Assembly: GCA_963719495.1 (NCBI GenBank)
Contig: CAVRCI010000006.1
Coordinates: 1-64,000 of the forward strand
Direction of reading: 5' to 3'
From: an uncultured Verrucomicrobiae bacterium
GTDB taxonomy: Bacteria; Verrucomicrobiota; Verrucomicrobiia; Chthoniobacterales; JAATET01
DNA length: 64,000 nucleotides
The notes below the pieces were generated by a model. The model had not been told where the DNA came from and searched no databases. It worked only from the letters and a program-made list of their open reading frames with translations. Positions 40,882 through 49,887 of this stretch are shown here, in pieces. Position 1 is the stretch's first letter, and each line of letters opens with the position of its first letter. A program made the position numbers and the translations under genes.

Positions 40882-40916
40882 TTTCGAGTCTCGAGTTTCG
40901 AGTTTCGAGTTGGAGT
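40882..40916. repeat. Tandem heptamer array (TTTCGAG/TCTCGAG x ~4.5) between the DUF721 stop and the HAD start
   Basis: tttcgagtctcgagtttcgagtttcgagttggagtc fills the entire 35-bp intergenic spacer. Coordinates are +/-1. Confidence 0.6.
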
Positions 40917-41269
40917 CAGGTTCGGAAGCGGAGGTCCTTGACGGTTTTTGCGCCGAATTGCGCGCGGAGTTTTTTCAGGATCTCGGGTCGCCACGTGCGG
41001 TCGAGTTCGTAGCGGACGCTGGGCTGGAGGACCTGAATGTGCAGGATGCCGTCGACCAGCCGGATCGGCGTGGAATGTTGCGCGATGAATTCGCCGACCA
41101 CGTCGCGCCAGGCAGCGAGAATGTCGCCTTCGTTGATCCGCTCGGCGAGACCGAGTCGGCTGACGAGGGCCTGGACGGCGTCCGCTGCGGTGACCGTGCG
41201 GTCGGGACGCTCGTCTTCGGGCAGTCCCCGCCACTCGCGCAAGACGAAGCGGCGGAGGGATTTAGTCAT
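40916..41269 (-). CDS. DUF721 (DciA-like) protein
   Basis: 117 aa. The pattern ...LAAWRDVVGEFIAQHSTPIRLVDGILHIQVLQPSVRYEL... matches the DUF721 family, the proposed DnaC/DnaI antecedent DciA. Confidence 0.5.
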   Translation of the reverse strand: MTKSLRRFVLREWRGLPEDERPDRTVTAADAVQALVSRLGLAERINEGDILAAWRDVVGEFIAQHSTPIRLVDGILHIQVLQPSVRYELDRTWRPEILKKLRAQFGAKTVKDLRFRT

Positions 41270-41305
41270 CTCAGTGGGCAAGCCGGGAGCCTGCGCGAGC
41301 GCTGT

Positions 41306-41539
41306 CTAGGTGCCGTCGCTGCCGATGGCCTCCACCGGACAGCCTTCCATGGCCTCGCTGCAGAGCGCCTTCTCTTCGTCGTTCTCGGGCTGCTTGTAGA
41401 CGTAGGAGTAGCCCCCATCGTCGCTGCGAGTGAAATTAGCCGGCGCGGTTTCGCGGCAGAGATCACAGTCGATGCACTGGTCATCGCAGTAAAAAGCGCC
41501 TGCGGCGTTTTCGGAGTATTTATTTTCGACGTCTGCCAT
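41306..41539 (-). CDS. 4Fe-4S ferredoxin
   Basis: 78 aa with CDDQCIDCDLCRE (CxxCxxC) and CPVEAI motifs. Confidence 0.6.
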   Translation of the reverse strand: MADVENKYSENAAGAFYCDDQCIDCDLCRETAPANFTRSDDGGYSYVYKQPENDEEKALCSEAMEGCPVEAIGSDGT

Positions 41540-41629
41540 GAGATTTAGGTCCTTGGAAGGGTGGAAACTAGGAATCAGGAGCGGGATTGCAATTGTTTTT
41601 TCCGGTGAATCACCGATTTTCGCGACCGC

Positions 41630-42451
41630 ATGCAAGTCACACCCACCCCGATCCTGCCCACTGAAGGCCGCCACGTCCTCCACGTTTTTTACCGCGTCGA
41701 TTACCCAAGCTGGGATTTGCTCCCCAACGAGGATCGTTTATCGGCGAAAACGGACCTCGCCAATCTCGTAAAGGACGTCCGCGCGGAACCGGACACGCAG
41801 CTACTCACTCTGAGCATGGTGACGCCGCGGGCGGATGTCGGATTCATGCTGGTCTGCCCCGACCTGCAAGCGCTGGACCGGATCTCGAAACAACTCACGC
41901 TGTCGCTGGGGCCGGGGGTCTTGCAGCCGGAGTTCAGCTATCTCTCCATGACGGAGCGGAGCGAATACACGACCAGTGAGGAGGATTACGCCGCGTCGCT
42001 CGTGGCGGAGGACGGGCTGACCGCCGGATCGCCCGAGCTGGAGGAGAAGTTGGTGGGATTTCGCGAGCGGATGGCGAAATACGGGAAGGATCGCCTCGAG
42101 CCGAACCTGGCGGATTGGCCGGTTTTTTGTTTTTACCCGATGGCGAAGCGGCGGGCGGTGGGTCAAAATTGGTACGCGCTGGATTTCGAGACCCGGAAGA
42201 AATTGATGGCGGGACACGCGAAGGTCGGGCGGACGTATGCGGGCAGGGTCCGGCAGTTGATCACGGGGTCGACGGGGTTGGACGATGCGGAGTGGGGCGT
42301 GACGCTCTGGGCCCACACGACGAGCGAGATCAAGGCGATCGTCTACGAAATGCGGTTCGATGCGGTGAGCGCGGAATACGCGGAGTTCGGCGAGTTTTTC
42401 ATCGGGATTCAGTTGCCGCTGGACGCTTTGTTTGCGCGGATGGCCATCTGA
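41630..42451 (+). CDS. Chlorite dismutase-family protein (HemQ/coproheme decarboxylase-like)
   Basis: 273 aa with paired ferredoxin-like halves. Conserved C-terminal region WYALDFETRKKLMAGHAKVGRTYAG...WGVTLWAHT. Confidence 0.6.
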   Translation: MQVTPTPILPTEGRHVLHVFYRVDYPSWDLLPNEDRLSAKTDLANLVKDVRAEPDTQLLTLSMVTPRADVGFMLVCPDLQALDRISKQLTLSLGPGVLQPEFSYLSMTERSEYTTSEEDYAASLVAEDGLTAGSPELEEKLVGFRERMAKYGKDRLEPNLADWPVFCFYPMAKRRAVGQNWYALDFETRKKLMAGHAKVGRTYAGRVRQLITGSTGLDDAEWGVTLWAHTTSEIKAIVYEMRFDAVSAEYAEFGEFFIGIQLPLDALFARMAI

Positions 42452-42457
42452 CCGGGC

Positions 42458-43093
42458 ATGAATGGCGAGGCGGCAGGTGTGAGGCGTGAGACGGGCTGGT
42501 TGGTCTGCCCGGACTGCGAATCGTCCTGCCGCGATCGCAAGTTGACGGCGGGTGAGATGCTGCGGTGTCGGCGGTGCGGCTACGCGGTGAAAAAACACCG
42601 GGGGCCGCTCGCCATGCAGATGCTCTGGGCGTTGGCGACGGCAGGATTGATCCTGGCGGTGCTGGCCAATGTCGAGCCGATCATGACGTTCGACGTGGCG
42701 GGGAATACGCAGACGAACCGGATTTTCACCGGGATCCGGGGGTTGGTTGTGCAGGGGTATTCGCCGGTGGCGGCGTTGGTGGGGTTTGGGGCAATCGTGG
42801 GGCCGCTGCTGCATTTGTCAGCGGTCTGGTACGTGGCGGCGGCTTGTTGTCTTGGGCGGCGCTGGCCGGGTTTGCCGCGGATGACGGCGGCGATCGAGAA
42901 GCTGGCTCCTTGGAATCTGGTGATCGTCTTCGCCGTGGGCGTGCAGGTGTCCGTGGTGAAGCTGGATCTGCTGGGCAAGGTCGAGTGGCGGCAGGGAGCG
43001 GTGTGGATCCTTCTGCTGGCGTTGTGCTCGATGGTGACCGTGCAGGTATTCGACCGGGTGACGGTGGATGAAGAGGTGGCGGCGCTCGGATAA
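42458..43093 (+). CDS. pqiA: Paraquat-inducible protein A, N-terminal half
   Basis: Zn-ribbon-like LVCPDCESSCRD...LRCRRCGYAV followed by TM segments. The stop overlaps the next start (TAATG). Confidence 0.7.
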   Translation: MNGEAAGVRRETGWLVCPDCESSCRDRKLTAGEMLRCRRCGYAVKKHRGPLAMQMLWALATAGLILAVLANVEPIMTFDVAGNTQTNRIFTGIRGLVVQGYSPVAALVGFGAIVGPLLHLSAVWYVAAACCLGRRWPGLPRMTAAIEKLAPWNLVIVFAVGVQVSVVKLDLLGKVEWRQGAVWILLLALCSMVTVQVFDRVTVDEEVAALG

Positions 43094-43596
43094 TGAAGTC
43101 GGACGCGATGCGGGTGCAGCGGGTGACGGCGCTGGTAGCGACGGGGCTGCTGCTCTACGTGCCGGCGAACGTGTTGCCGGTGATGACGATGACGGTGGCC
43201 GGACAGGTCGAGCCGCTGACCGTGCTGGGCGGGGTGCAGGAGTTGTACGATTCGGGTCTGGCACCGATTGCGGGCATCGTTTTTCTGGCGAGTATCGTGG
43301 TGCCCTTCGGAAAATTGGCGAGCATGTGCTGGCTGCTCATGCTGCATGGCCAGACGGGGCTGCGGCGGGAGCGGACGGCGGTCCTGCGGGTGCTGCACCG
43401 CATCGGGAGCTGGTCGATGATCGATCTCTTTCTACTGTCGATCCTCGTTGCCGTTGGACAATTGGGAATTCTGGCCAGCGTGGTCGCGGAGCCGGGCGTC
43501 TTGTTCTTTGCGGGCGTGCTTGTGGCGACGTTGGTGGCGGCGGAGATTTACGAAACGCGCCTGATCTGGCAGAACGACAATGAGATGACGGAATGA
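43093..43596 (+). CDS. pqiA: Paraquat-inducible protein A, C-terminal half (encoded as a separate ORF)
   Basis: Second PqiA-type repeat (LLYVPANVLPVMT..., GSWSMIDLFLLSILVAV). Its end overlaps the pqiB start (ATGA). Confidence 0.7.
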   Translation: MKSDAMRVQRVTALVATGLLLYVPANVLPVMTMTVAGQVEPLTVLGGVQELYDSGLAPIAGIVFLASIVVPFGKLASMCWLLMLHGQTGLRRERTAVLRVLHRIGSWSMIDLFLLSILVAVGQLGILASVVAEPGVLFFAGVLVATLVAAEIYETRLIWQNDNEMTE

Positions 43597-45941
43597 CCGA
43601 CCGCGAACCCCCGAACGAACCGCGCGCCGACGAGGGCGAAGTCGTCCGCGCCTCACGGACGCGGATCTCGGTCGCGTGGATTTTCCCGATTCTGGCGGTG
43701 GCAGCAGCGGCTTGGTTATTTTGGTCTCACTGGCGGGCGGAGGGGCCTGAGATCACGATCGAATTCGCAGACGCCCCGGGCTTGCAGGCCGGGAAGACGG
43801 TCTTGATCTACCGGGGAGTGACGGCGGGGATCGTCAGGGCGATCGAATTGGATCCGAATCTGGAGGGTGTGGTGGTGACCGTGCTATTGAAGGCATTTGC
43901 TTCGGATCTCGCGCGGGAGGAGACCGTTTTTTGGATCGATCAGCCGGAAATTTCGCTCGTGGAGCTGTCGGGGCTGGAGTCGATCATTCAGGGAAATTCC
44001 CTGCAGGCCCGGATGGGCGGTGGCGCGAAGGCGACGCATTTTGTCGGTAAAAGTATGAAGCCGGTCGATTTACGGGACGCCCCGTCGGTGGTGTTGAAAC
44101 TGCGACCGCACGAGATGCCCCGGATCGTTCGGGGGGCACCGGTGTTTCATCGCGGCGTGGCGGTCGGCGCCGTGAGTGAGGCGATGCTGGACGATGACGG
44201 TGAACCGCTGCTGCAGATCGTCGTGGACGAACCTCATGGCGCTTTGGTGAGGAAAGATACGCGATTTTGGATTATGCCGCTCGCTTCGTTGAAGACGGGA
44301 TCGGGTGGGTTGAAGGTGGACGTGCCGAGTCTGGCGGCTTTGCTGCAGGGCGGGTTGGCCTTCGAGACTTATGGGGACGGCGGCGAGGCGGCGGTGGATG
44401 AGGATGAGTTCCCTTTATTCGAAACGGAGGCGGCGGCGCGCGCGACCTCACCGCCGATCCGGATCACGTTCGACGGTGGATTGGGGCTGATCGCCGGGCA
44501 GACGGAGCTGCGGTATCTCGATATGACCATCGGGCTGGTCGAATCGGCGAAGCTGAATTTCGAAACCAGCACGGTGGATGTCATGGCGCGATTTCGGCCG
44601 GGATATGAGCAATTTCAGCGGGAAGGAGCGGAGTTTACCGTCGTGCAGGCGAGAATTTCCCCGGAGGGGTTTACGGGGCTGAACACGCTGCTGACGGGAA
44701 TTTACATTGCGTGCGAGCCCGGGAAAGGCGACGCGATGCCGGGCAAATTCGTGGGGCGCACGACGGGCGAGAGTTGGATCGATCTGCCGCTGGCCAGGGA
44801 AGGTCTGAGCATCACGTTGGCCGCCCCTCAGATTTCTTCGCTGGCGAAGGGGGCGCCGGTGCTACACCGCGGTCTGATCGTGGGTCGGGTGATCGAGAAG
44901 CGGCTGGCGGCTGATGGATCGCCGCTGCTCAAGGTCGTGGTGCGGCGGGAATTTGCTTCGCTCGTGAGGGAGAATTCGCGGTTCTGGTCAGTGGATGCTG
45001 TCTCGGTCGGACTGGGCCCCGGGGGCGTGCAGGTGGCAATCGTCGGCTTTCAGACCTTGTTGCAGGGCGCGTTGGAATTTGACGCCTTCGGTGAGTCGGC
45101 GGGCGCGGCGGCGGACGGAGCGGCGTTTTCGCTCTACGAGACGGAGGCAGCGGCGCGGGCAGTCTCGCCGCCGATTCGGATTTCCTTCGCGAACGGACAG
45201 GGTCTGGTCGCAGGACGGACGCAATTGCGATTCCGCGGACTGCCGGTCGGGTTGGTCGAGTCAGTGACCGTGGAGGAGGATGGTGTGCGGGTCGTCGCGC
45301 GATTCGAGGCCGGATACGCGATGCTGCGGCGGCAGGGGAGCGTGTTCTCACTGGTGCGTCCGGAGGTGTCCCTCGAGGGGGTGACGGGGCTGGAAACGTT
45401 GGTGAGTGGGGTCTACATCGAGTGCGTTCCCGGGACCGGGGCGGAGCCGGCCGAGGAATTTGTCGCGCAATCGACGGAGGTCGCCGAGGAGGCCATCGAG
45501 GAAATTCAGGTCGCGGAAGCGGGGGGCCTCGAGATCGTTCTGGTGGCCCGGACTTCCAAAATCGGGACGAATGCACCGGTGCTTTATCGGGGCGTCCCGG
45601 TCGGGAAAGTCGTGCGGAAAGAGCTGTCACCGGAAGCGGGGCGGGTTGATTTGGTCATCGAGATCGATCCCCGCTACGCGCCACTGGTGCGGACGAACAC
45701 CCGGTTCTGGGACGTCGGCGGACTGAAGGCGTCGCTTGGATTCCTGTATCTCAAAGTCGATCCCGCTCCGCTGACGACGTTGACGCTGGGTGGAATCGCG
45801 TTTGCCACCCCCGACGACGATGATCTGGGCGAGCGCGTGGCGAGCGGAAGCCGTTTTCTCCTGCACGAGAAGCCGAAGGAAGCCTGGTTGAAGTGGACCC
45901 CTTCGCTGCCAGTCGGGGCAGCGAGCGCCATGGACAAGTGA
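43593..45941 (+). CDS. pqiB: Multi-MCE-domain protein (PqiB/LetB-like)
   Basis: 782 aa with an N-terminal TM helix and at least five repeats of the MCE pattern (...GLxxGxxVxxRGVxVGxV...). Confidence 0.75.
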   Translation: MTDREPPNEPRADEGEVVRASRTRISVAWIFPILAVAAAAWLFWSHWRAEGPEITIEFADAPGLQAGKTVLIYRGVTAGIVRAIELDPNLEGVVVTVLLKAFASDLAREETVFWIDQPEISLVELSGLESIIQGNSLQARMGGGAKATHFVGKSMKPVDLRDAPSVVLKLRPHEMPRIVRGAPVFHRGVAVGAVSEAMLDDDGEPLLQIVVDEPHGALVRKDTRFWIMPLASLKTGSGGLKVDVPSLAALLQGGLAFETYGDGGEAAVDEDEFPLFETEAAARATSPPIRITFDGGLGLIAGQTELRYLDMTIGLVESAKLNFETSTVDVMARFRPGYEQFQREGAEFTVVQARISPEGFTGLNTLLTGIYIACEPGKGDAMPGKFVGRTTGESWIDLPLAREGLSITLAAPQISSLAKGAPVLHRGLIVGRVIEKRLAADGSPLLKVVVRREFASLVRENSRFWSVDAVSVGLGPGGVQVAIVGFQTLLQGALEFDAFGESAGAAADGAAFSLYETEAAARAVSPPIRISFANGQGLVAGRTQLRFRGLPVGLVESVTVEEDGVRVVARFEAGYAMLRRQGSVFSLVRPEVSLEGVTGLETLVSGVYIECVPGTGAEPAEEFVAQSTEVAEEAIEEIQVAEAGGLEIVLVARTSKIGTNAPVLYRGVPVGKVVRKELSPEAGRVDLVIEIDPRYAPLVRTNTRFWDVGGLKASLGFLYLKVDPAPLTTLTLGGIAFATPDDDDLGERVASGSRFLLHEKPKEAWLKWTPSLPVGAASAMDK

Positions 45942-46057
45942 TTGACCGAGGCCGCCGGGACCTCTGGGGTCGGCGTTTGCAGGTGTAAGCTGGAGTTTGC
46001 CAGGGAGGGTTCGTTAGCATACGACTTCCGGTGTGTTGACTCTCCCCTGACGATCGG

Positions 46058-48013
46058 ATGGATGCCGCCAATCTTCGCTGGATTGCCGTTGTTGCGGGGA
46101 TTGCGGGCGTTGTTGGCTTTGGCTTCGGCTTCGGCTTCGGGGGGACCGAGGGAGCCGAGCCCGGCCAACCGGCGGATGAGGTCGGGCGAGGGGAAGATAA
46201 TCCGGTGACAACGATCGAGCTGTCGGGAGAATCCTTGCCTCGCGCTGGATCGTTAGCGATCCGGGTGGGAGGGTTTCTCGCCGATCTGAAAGGGGCCGAT
46301 CGTGATCAGCTGACTGCTCGACTGCGGATGCTGCGGGCGGATCGGAATCTGCCTTCGGAGATGGCGCAGTTTTTCCAGCGGGAACTGATCGAGCGATTGG
46401 TCGGACTCGGGGTGCCGCGGGCCGAGATTGTAGTAGGAACCGATCGAGAGCTTCAGGAGCAGATCGAAATGGTCGTGAAGGCTTTGGTGAGCCGTGATCC
46501 GGCTGCGGCAGAAACCCTTGTTTCGGAGCTTCCCGCTGGGCCAATGCAGAATGTCGCGCAGCGGGAATTCCTGGCCTACTTGGGCGCGAATGATCCCGAG
46601 CCCGGTCTGGAATTTTTCAGAAAACGAGGAGGCGAGGGCCGACGGCTACCCTTTTTTCGGGAGTGGGCGAAGAACGAGCCGCGCTTGGCGACGGAGACCG
46701 CGTTCGCGATGGATCGGGAATTGGACACGTCCTTTGCGCGTTCGGCGCTTTACCAGTGGGCCTTCGATGACCCGGACGCGGCCTGGGAATACATCGAACG
46801 CCTTCCACCGGACGACCGGCAAATGGGGCGCGGCGCCTACGGTAACGCGCTGGCGAACGGGGACCCGCTTGCCGCGATCGACACGATGTTGGCGAAACCA
46901 GAGTTGGGGAACTTCATGTTCCTGGATTCCATCGGTTACCGACTGGCCAGCGATCCTGAAAGTGTGAGTGCAGCGCTGGAGCGGGTGCCGCCGGGCGAAT
47001 TTCTCACGCGTCTGACGGCGGGGATCGCGAGTGGATTGCTGAGGCAGGGTCCGGAGGTGGCCTTGGATTGGGCCGACACGTTGCTCCCCGGCGAGCGAGA
47101 AGCGGCGGTGAACGATATCTTCCGTCGGCTTGCGCGTGAGGATCCGAGGTCGGCCATTGAGTTGGCCGCCACGAGGTTGTCGGGTCCGACCGGGGAGAAG
47201 GCGGCGACTGCCGTGCTGCGGGAATGGTCGAACAATGACTTTGAGGGGGCGTTCACGGCATTGAATGCCTCCTACGAAGGCGAGGCAAGGGATCGGTTGC
47301 TCCTTGGGATTTTCTCGATGAATTATTCTTCGATTGGTGCGGACTTCGGACGGCGGCTGGAGCTGCTCAGCACGCTGGATCCGGAGCTGCGCCGCCAAGC
47401 ACTCCGGGTGGCGGGGAGGAACTGGGGGAGTGTGGACGCGGATGGGCTGGCCGCAGAACTCGACGGGCTGGCCGGTGAGGATCGCATCGCTCTGGCGGAG
47501 GGCTTGGCTGGGTCGTTGCTTGATGGTTCAAAATCGTTGATCCAGCAAGTTGTCGCGGCACTGCCGCCGGACCGACAGGCCGGAAAAGCGGTGGCAATCG
47601 CGGGCGCGCTGGCGAAGTCGGACCCCGCCGCGGCGGCGAAGTTTCTCAACAATCTCCCTCGCGATGCGGCACCCCGGGAACAGCGTCGGGCGATCAATCA
47701 TCTGGTGAGTGACTGGGTCTACGACGATCCGGGCGCGGCGGGCGCGTTCGTTGCTGAAATGCCGCCGGGGGAAGCTCGCGATCGGGCGGCGCTGGCCTTG
47801 GCGAGTGAATGGCGAACCTTTGACTTGGCTGGCGCGACGGCGGTCCTGGACGACGTCGCGGGTCCGGAGGTCCGCGCCCAGTTGATCCGTCGCGTGGGTG
47901 AGTCGTGGCGTCGGGTGGATCGCGCTCGCGGGCGCGCTGCGTTGGCAACTCGGGTGCAGTCGCCGGAGGAGCGCCGGATTGTGGACGAAGTCATGGCGGA
48001 GGATGTTCGATGA
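46058..48013 (+). CDS. Membrane-anchored alpha-helical repeat protein, paralog 1 of 3
   Basis: 651 aa with an N-terminal TM helix (IAVVAGIAGVVGFGF) and recurring W(A/S)xxDPxAAxx(W/F)...LPxGxxR units. Confidence 0.5.
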   Translation: MDAANLRWIAVVAGIAGVVGFGFGFGFGGTEGAEPGQPADEVGRGEDNPVTTIELSGESLPRAGSLAIRVGGFLADLKGADRDQLTARLRMLRADRNLPSEMAQFFQRELIERLVGLGVPRAEIVVGTDRELQEQIEMVVKALVSRDPAAAETLVSELPAGPMQNVAQREFLAYLGANDPEPGLEFFRKRGGEGRRLPFFREWAKNEPRLATETAFAMDRELDTSFARSALYQWAFDDPDAAWEYIERLPPDDRQMGRGAYGNALANGDPLAAIDTMLAKPELGNFMFLDSIGYRLASDPESVSAALERVPPGEFLTRLTAGIASGLLRQGPEVALDWADTLLPGEREAAVNDIFRRLAREDPRSAIELAATRLSGPTGEKAATAVLREWSNNDFEGAFTALNASYEGEARDRLLLGIFSMNYSSIGADFGRRLELLSTLDPELRRQALRVAGRNWGSVDADGLAAELDGLAGEDRIALAEGLAGSLLDGSKSLIQQVVAALPPDRQAGKAVAIAGALAKSDPAAAAKFLNNLPRDAAPREQRRAINHLVSDWVYDDPGAAGAFVAEMPPGEARDRAALALASEWRTFDLAGATAVLDDVAGPEVRAQLIRRVGESWRRVDRARGRAALATRVQSPEERRIVDEVMAEDVR

Positions 48014-49887
48014 GGGGCGCGGTTGCGGGCGTGTTGATCGGAGCCGTGGTCGTGGGGTCAATCCTTGGATTTGGCGTGGGTCGGTGGGCAAGAGGGAGCA
48101 ATCCGTCGAGCGGATCGTCGGATGCTGCCAAGCCGTCATCCGGGCGAATCGGATCGAGCAAATCGGCGGATGATTTTGAGAGTGGCGGGATAGCGGGCGC
48201 AGTGCTTCCGGCGGTGGATTTTCGGGATGCGGCGGGCTTTGAGGACTACGTGAGAGGGCTGGTGGCGCTGGGGGTGGACGAAAACCTCGCGAAGTGGTTG
48301 GCATTGGCCTCGCTGGCGGAGGCGGATTTCCAAGCCGCCGCGGAACTGGCGCAGTCGGAGGATCTCATCGGATGGTGGGCGTCTGGAGCGGCCCTGGTCG
48401 ATCTCGACGCGACCGTGGACGTGATCGACTCGCTCCCGGAAAAATTAGCGATTCGGGCCATCTACGCGGCTTCTGGCACGGTGGGGCGACGACAGCCCGA
48501 GCGCGGTTTTGAATTGCTGAAAAAATTGCCCCCATCCGATGCGACGGAGGCGGCGTTCCCATTCTTCGAGGAGTGGGCGTCCGCGTCGCTGCCGGCGGCT
48601 CGACGCGCGGCGATGGCGCTGGATCCCGGGAGATTTCGCGAGCGGGCGCTGGCTGGAGTTTTTCACGCGTGGAACGAAGGGGATCGCGAGGAGATGCTGG
48701 AGTGGGCGGTCGGGCAGGGTCCGGAGATTGGGCGAAAGGCCTTCTGGTCGGTCTACGAAATGGCCGGCATCCGCGATGCCGCCGCGATCCTCGAGCTGGC
48801 GCAAAAATTTCCAGCGGCGGTCGACACCATGTTGATAGCCCAATTTGCCGATGCGCTCACTGAGTTGGGATCACCCGGGTGGGAGGCGGTGATGGCATTG
48901 CCTCCTGGCCAGATGCGCAATCAGCTGCTCCTACGATACGGCGAGAATCTTGGACGAACGGATGCAGCGCGTCTTTGGGAGTTGGCGCAGTCGCTTCCGA
49001 GTGGAGAGCGGACCTATCTACTGCGTCTAGGGACCCGCAACGTCGCCAAAGCGGCACCCCGCGAGATGGCGGAACTCGCGGTCCGCGGAGAGCTGGGCGC
49101 TTCTTACGGTGTGGACAGCGTGATGGAATCGTGGGCGGCGGACGATCCGTTGGCTGCCTACGCGTGGGGCCTGGCTCGGTGGAATCAGAGGCAGGGATCG
49201 AGCGCACTGGGTTCGGTCTTATCGACGTGGTCGCAAACGGATCCGAACGCCGCGACGAGGGCTTTGGTAAAATTGCCCGATGGGCTGCGGGCAAAGTTTC
49301 TGCCGGACGTCGTCGAGGCTTGGGCGACGAACGAGCCGGAGGAAGCCTTCCGTTGGGCCTCGGGGCGACCTCCTCTCGAGCAAACGAGCGCGGTGGCTGC
49401 GGCGCTCGAAGGCTGGGCGAGCGAAGATCCTGCGGCTGCAGCGACCGCCGCGAGGGGCGTGTTGCCGGACGGCTTGAACGATGCTCTGAAGAAGGTCGCC
49501 TGGGAATACGGTCAGGTCAGCCCGGACGATGCCATGAGTTGGGCGCACGGGCTTCAGGGGGTGGACGCGCAGCGCGTGACAGTGGCGGAGGTGGCGAATT
49601 CCTGGGGTCGCCGGGATGCCAGCGCGGCGTCGGATTATTTGGCATCCCTGCCGGAGGGCGAGTTGCGGGACCAAGCGGTCGGCGGTTTTGTTTCTGCGAT
49701 CACGAATCTGGACCCGCCAACCGCTGCCCAGTGGGCGTTATCCATCGGTGACGATTCGCTGCAGGGTCAGCGGATGCAGAGCGCGTTGCGATCGTGGAAG
49801 GAGAAGGATCCCGCCGAGGCACGAGCGTTCGTCGAAGCACTCCCGGATGCGGCCCTGCGTGAAAAAATGATGGGGGTCGTCAAGTGA
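48010..49887 (+). CDS. Membrane-anchored alpha-helical repeat protein, paralog 2 of 3
   Basis: Start overlaps the paralog 1 stop (ATGA). N-terminal TM (VAGVLIGAVVVGSILGFGV) and the same repeat units (WAADDPLAAYAW, WATNEPEEAFRW, WASEDPAAAATAA). Confidence 0.5.
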   Translation: MRGAVAGVLIGAVVVGSILGFGVGRWARGSNPSSGSSDAAKPSSGRIGSSKSADDFESGGIAGAVLPAVDFRDAAGFEDYVRGLVALGVDENLAKWLALASLAEADFQAAAELAQSEDLIGWWASGAALVDLDATVDVIDSLPEKLAIRAIYAASGTVGRRQPERGFELLKKLPPSDATEAAFPFFEEWASASLPAARRAAMALDPGRFRERALAGVFHAWNEGDREEMLEWAVGQGPEIGRKAFWSVYEMAGIRDAAAILELAQKFPAAVDTMLIAQFADALTELGSPGWEAVMALPPGQMRNQLLLRYGENLGRTDAARLWELAQSLPSGERTYLLRLGTRNVAKAAPREMAELAVRGELGASYGVDSVMESWAADDPLAAYAWGLARWNQRQGSSALGSVLSTWSQTDPNAATRALVKLPDGLRAKFLPDVVEAWATNEPEEAFRWASGRPPLEQTSAVAAALEGWASEDPAAAATAARGVLPDGLNDALKKVAWEYGQVSPDDAMSWAHGLQGVDAQRVTVAEVANSWGRRDASAASDYLASLPEGELRDQAVGGFVSAITNLDPPTAAQWALSIGDDSLQGQRMQSALRSWKEKDPAEARAFVEALPDAALREKMMGVVK

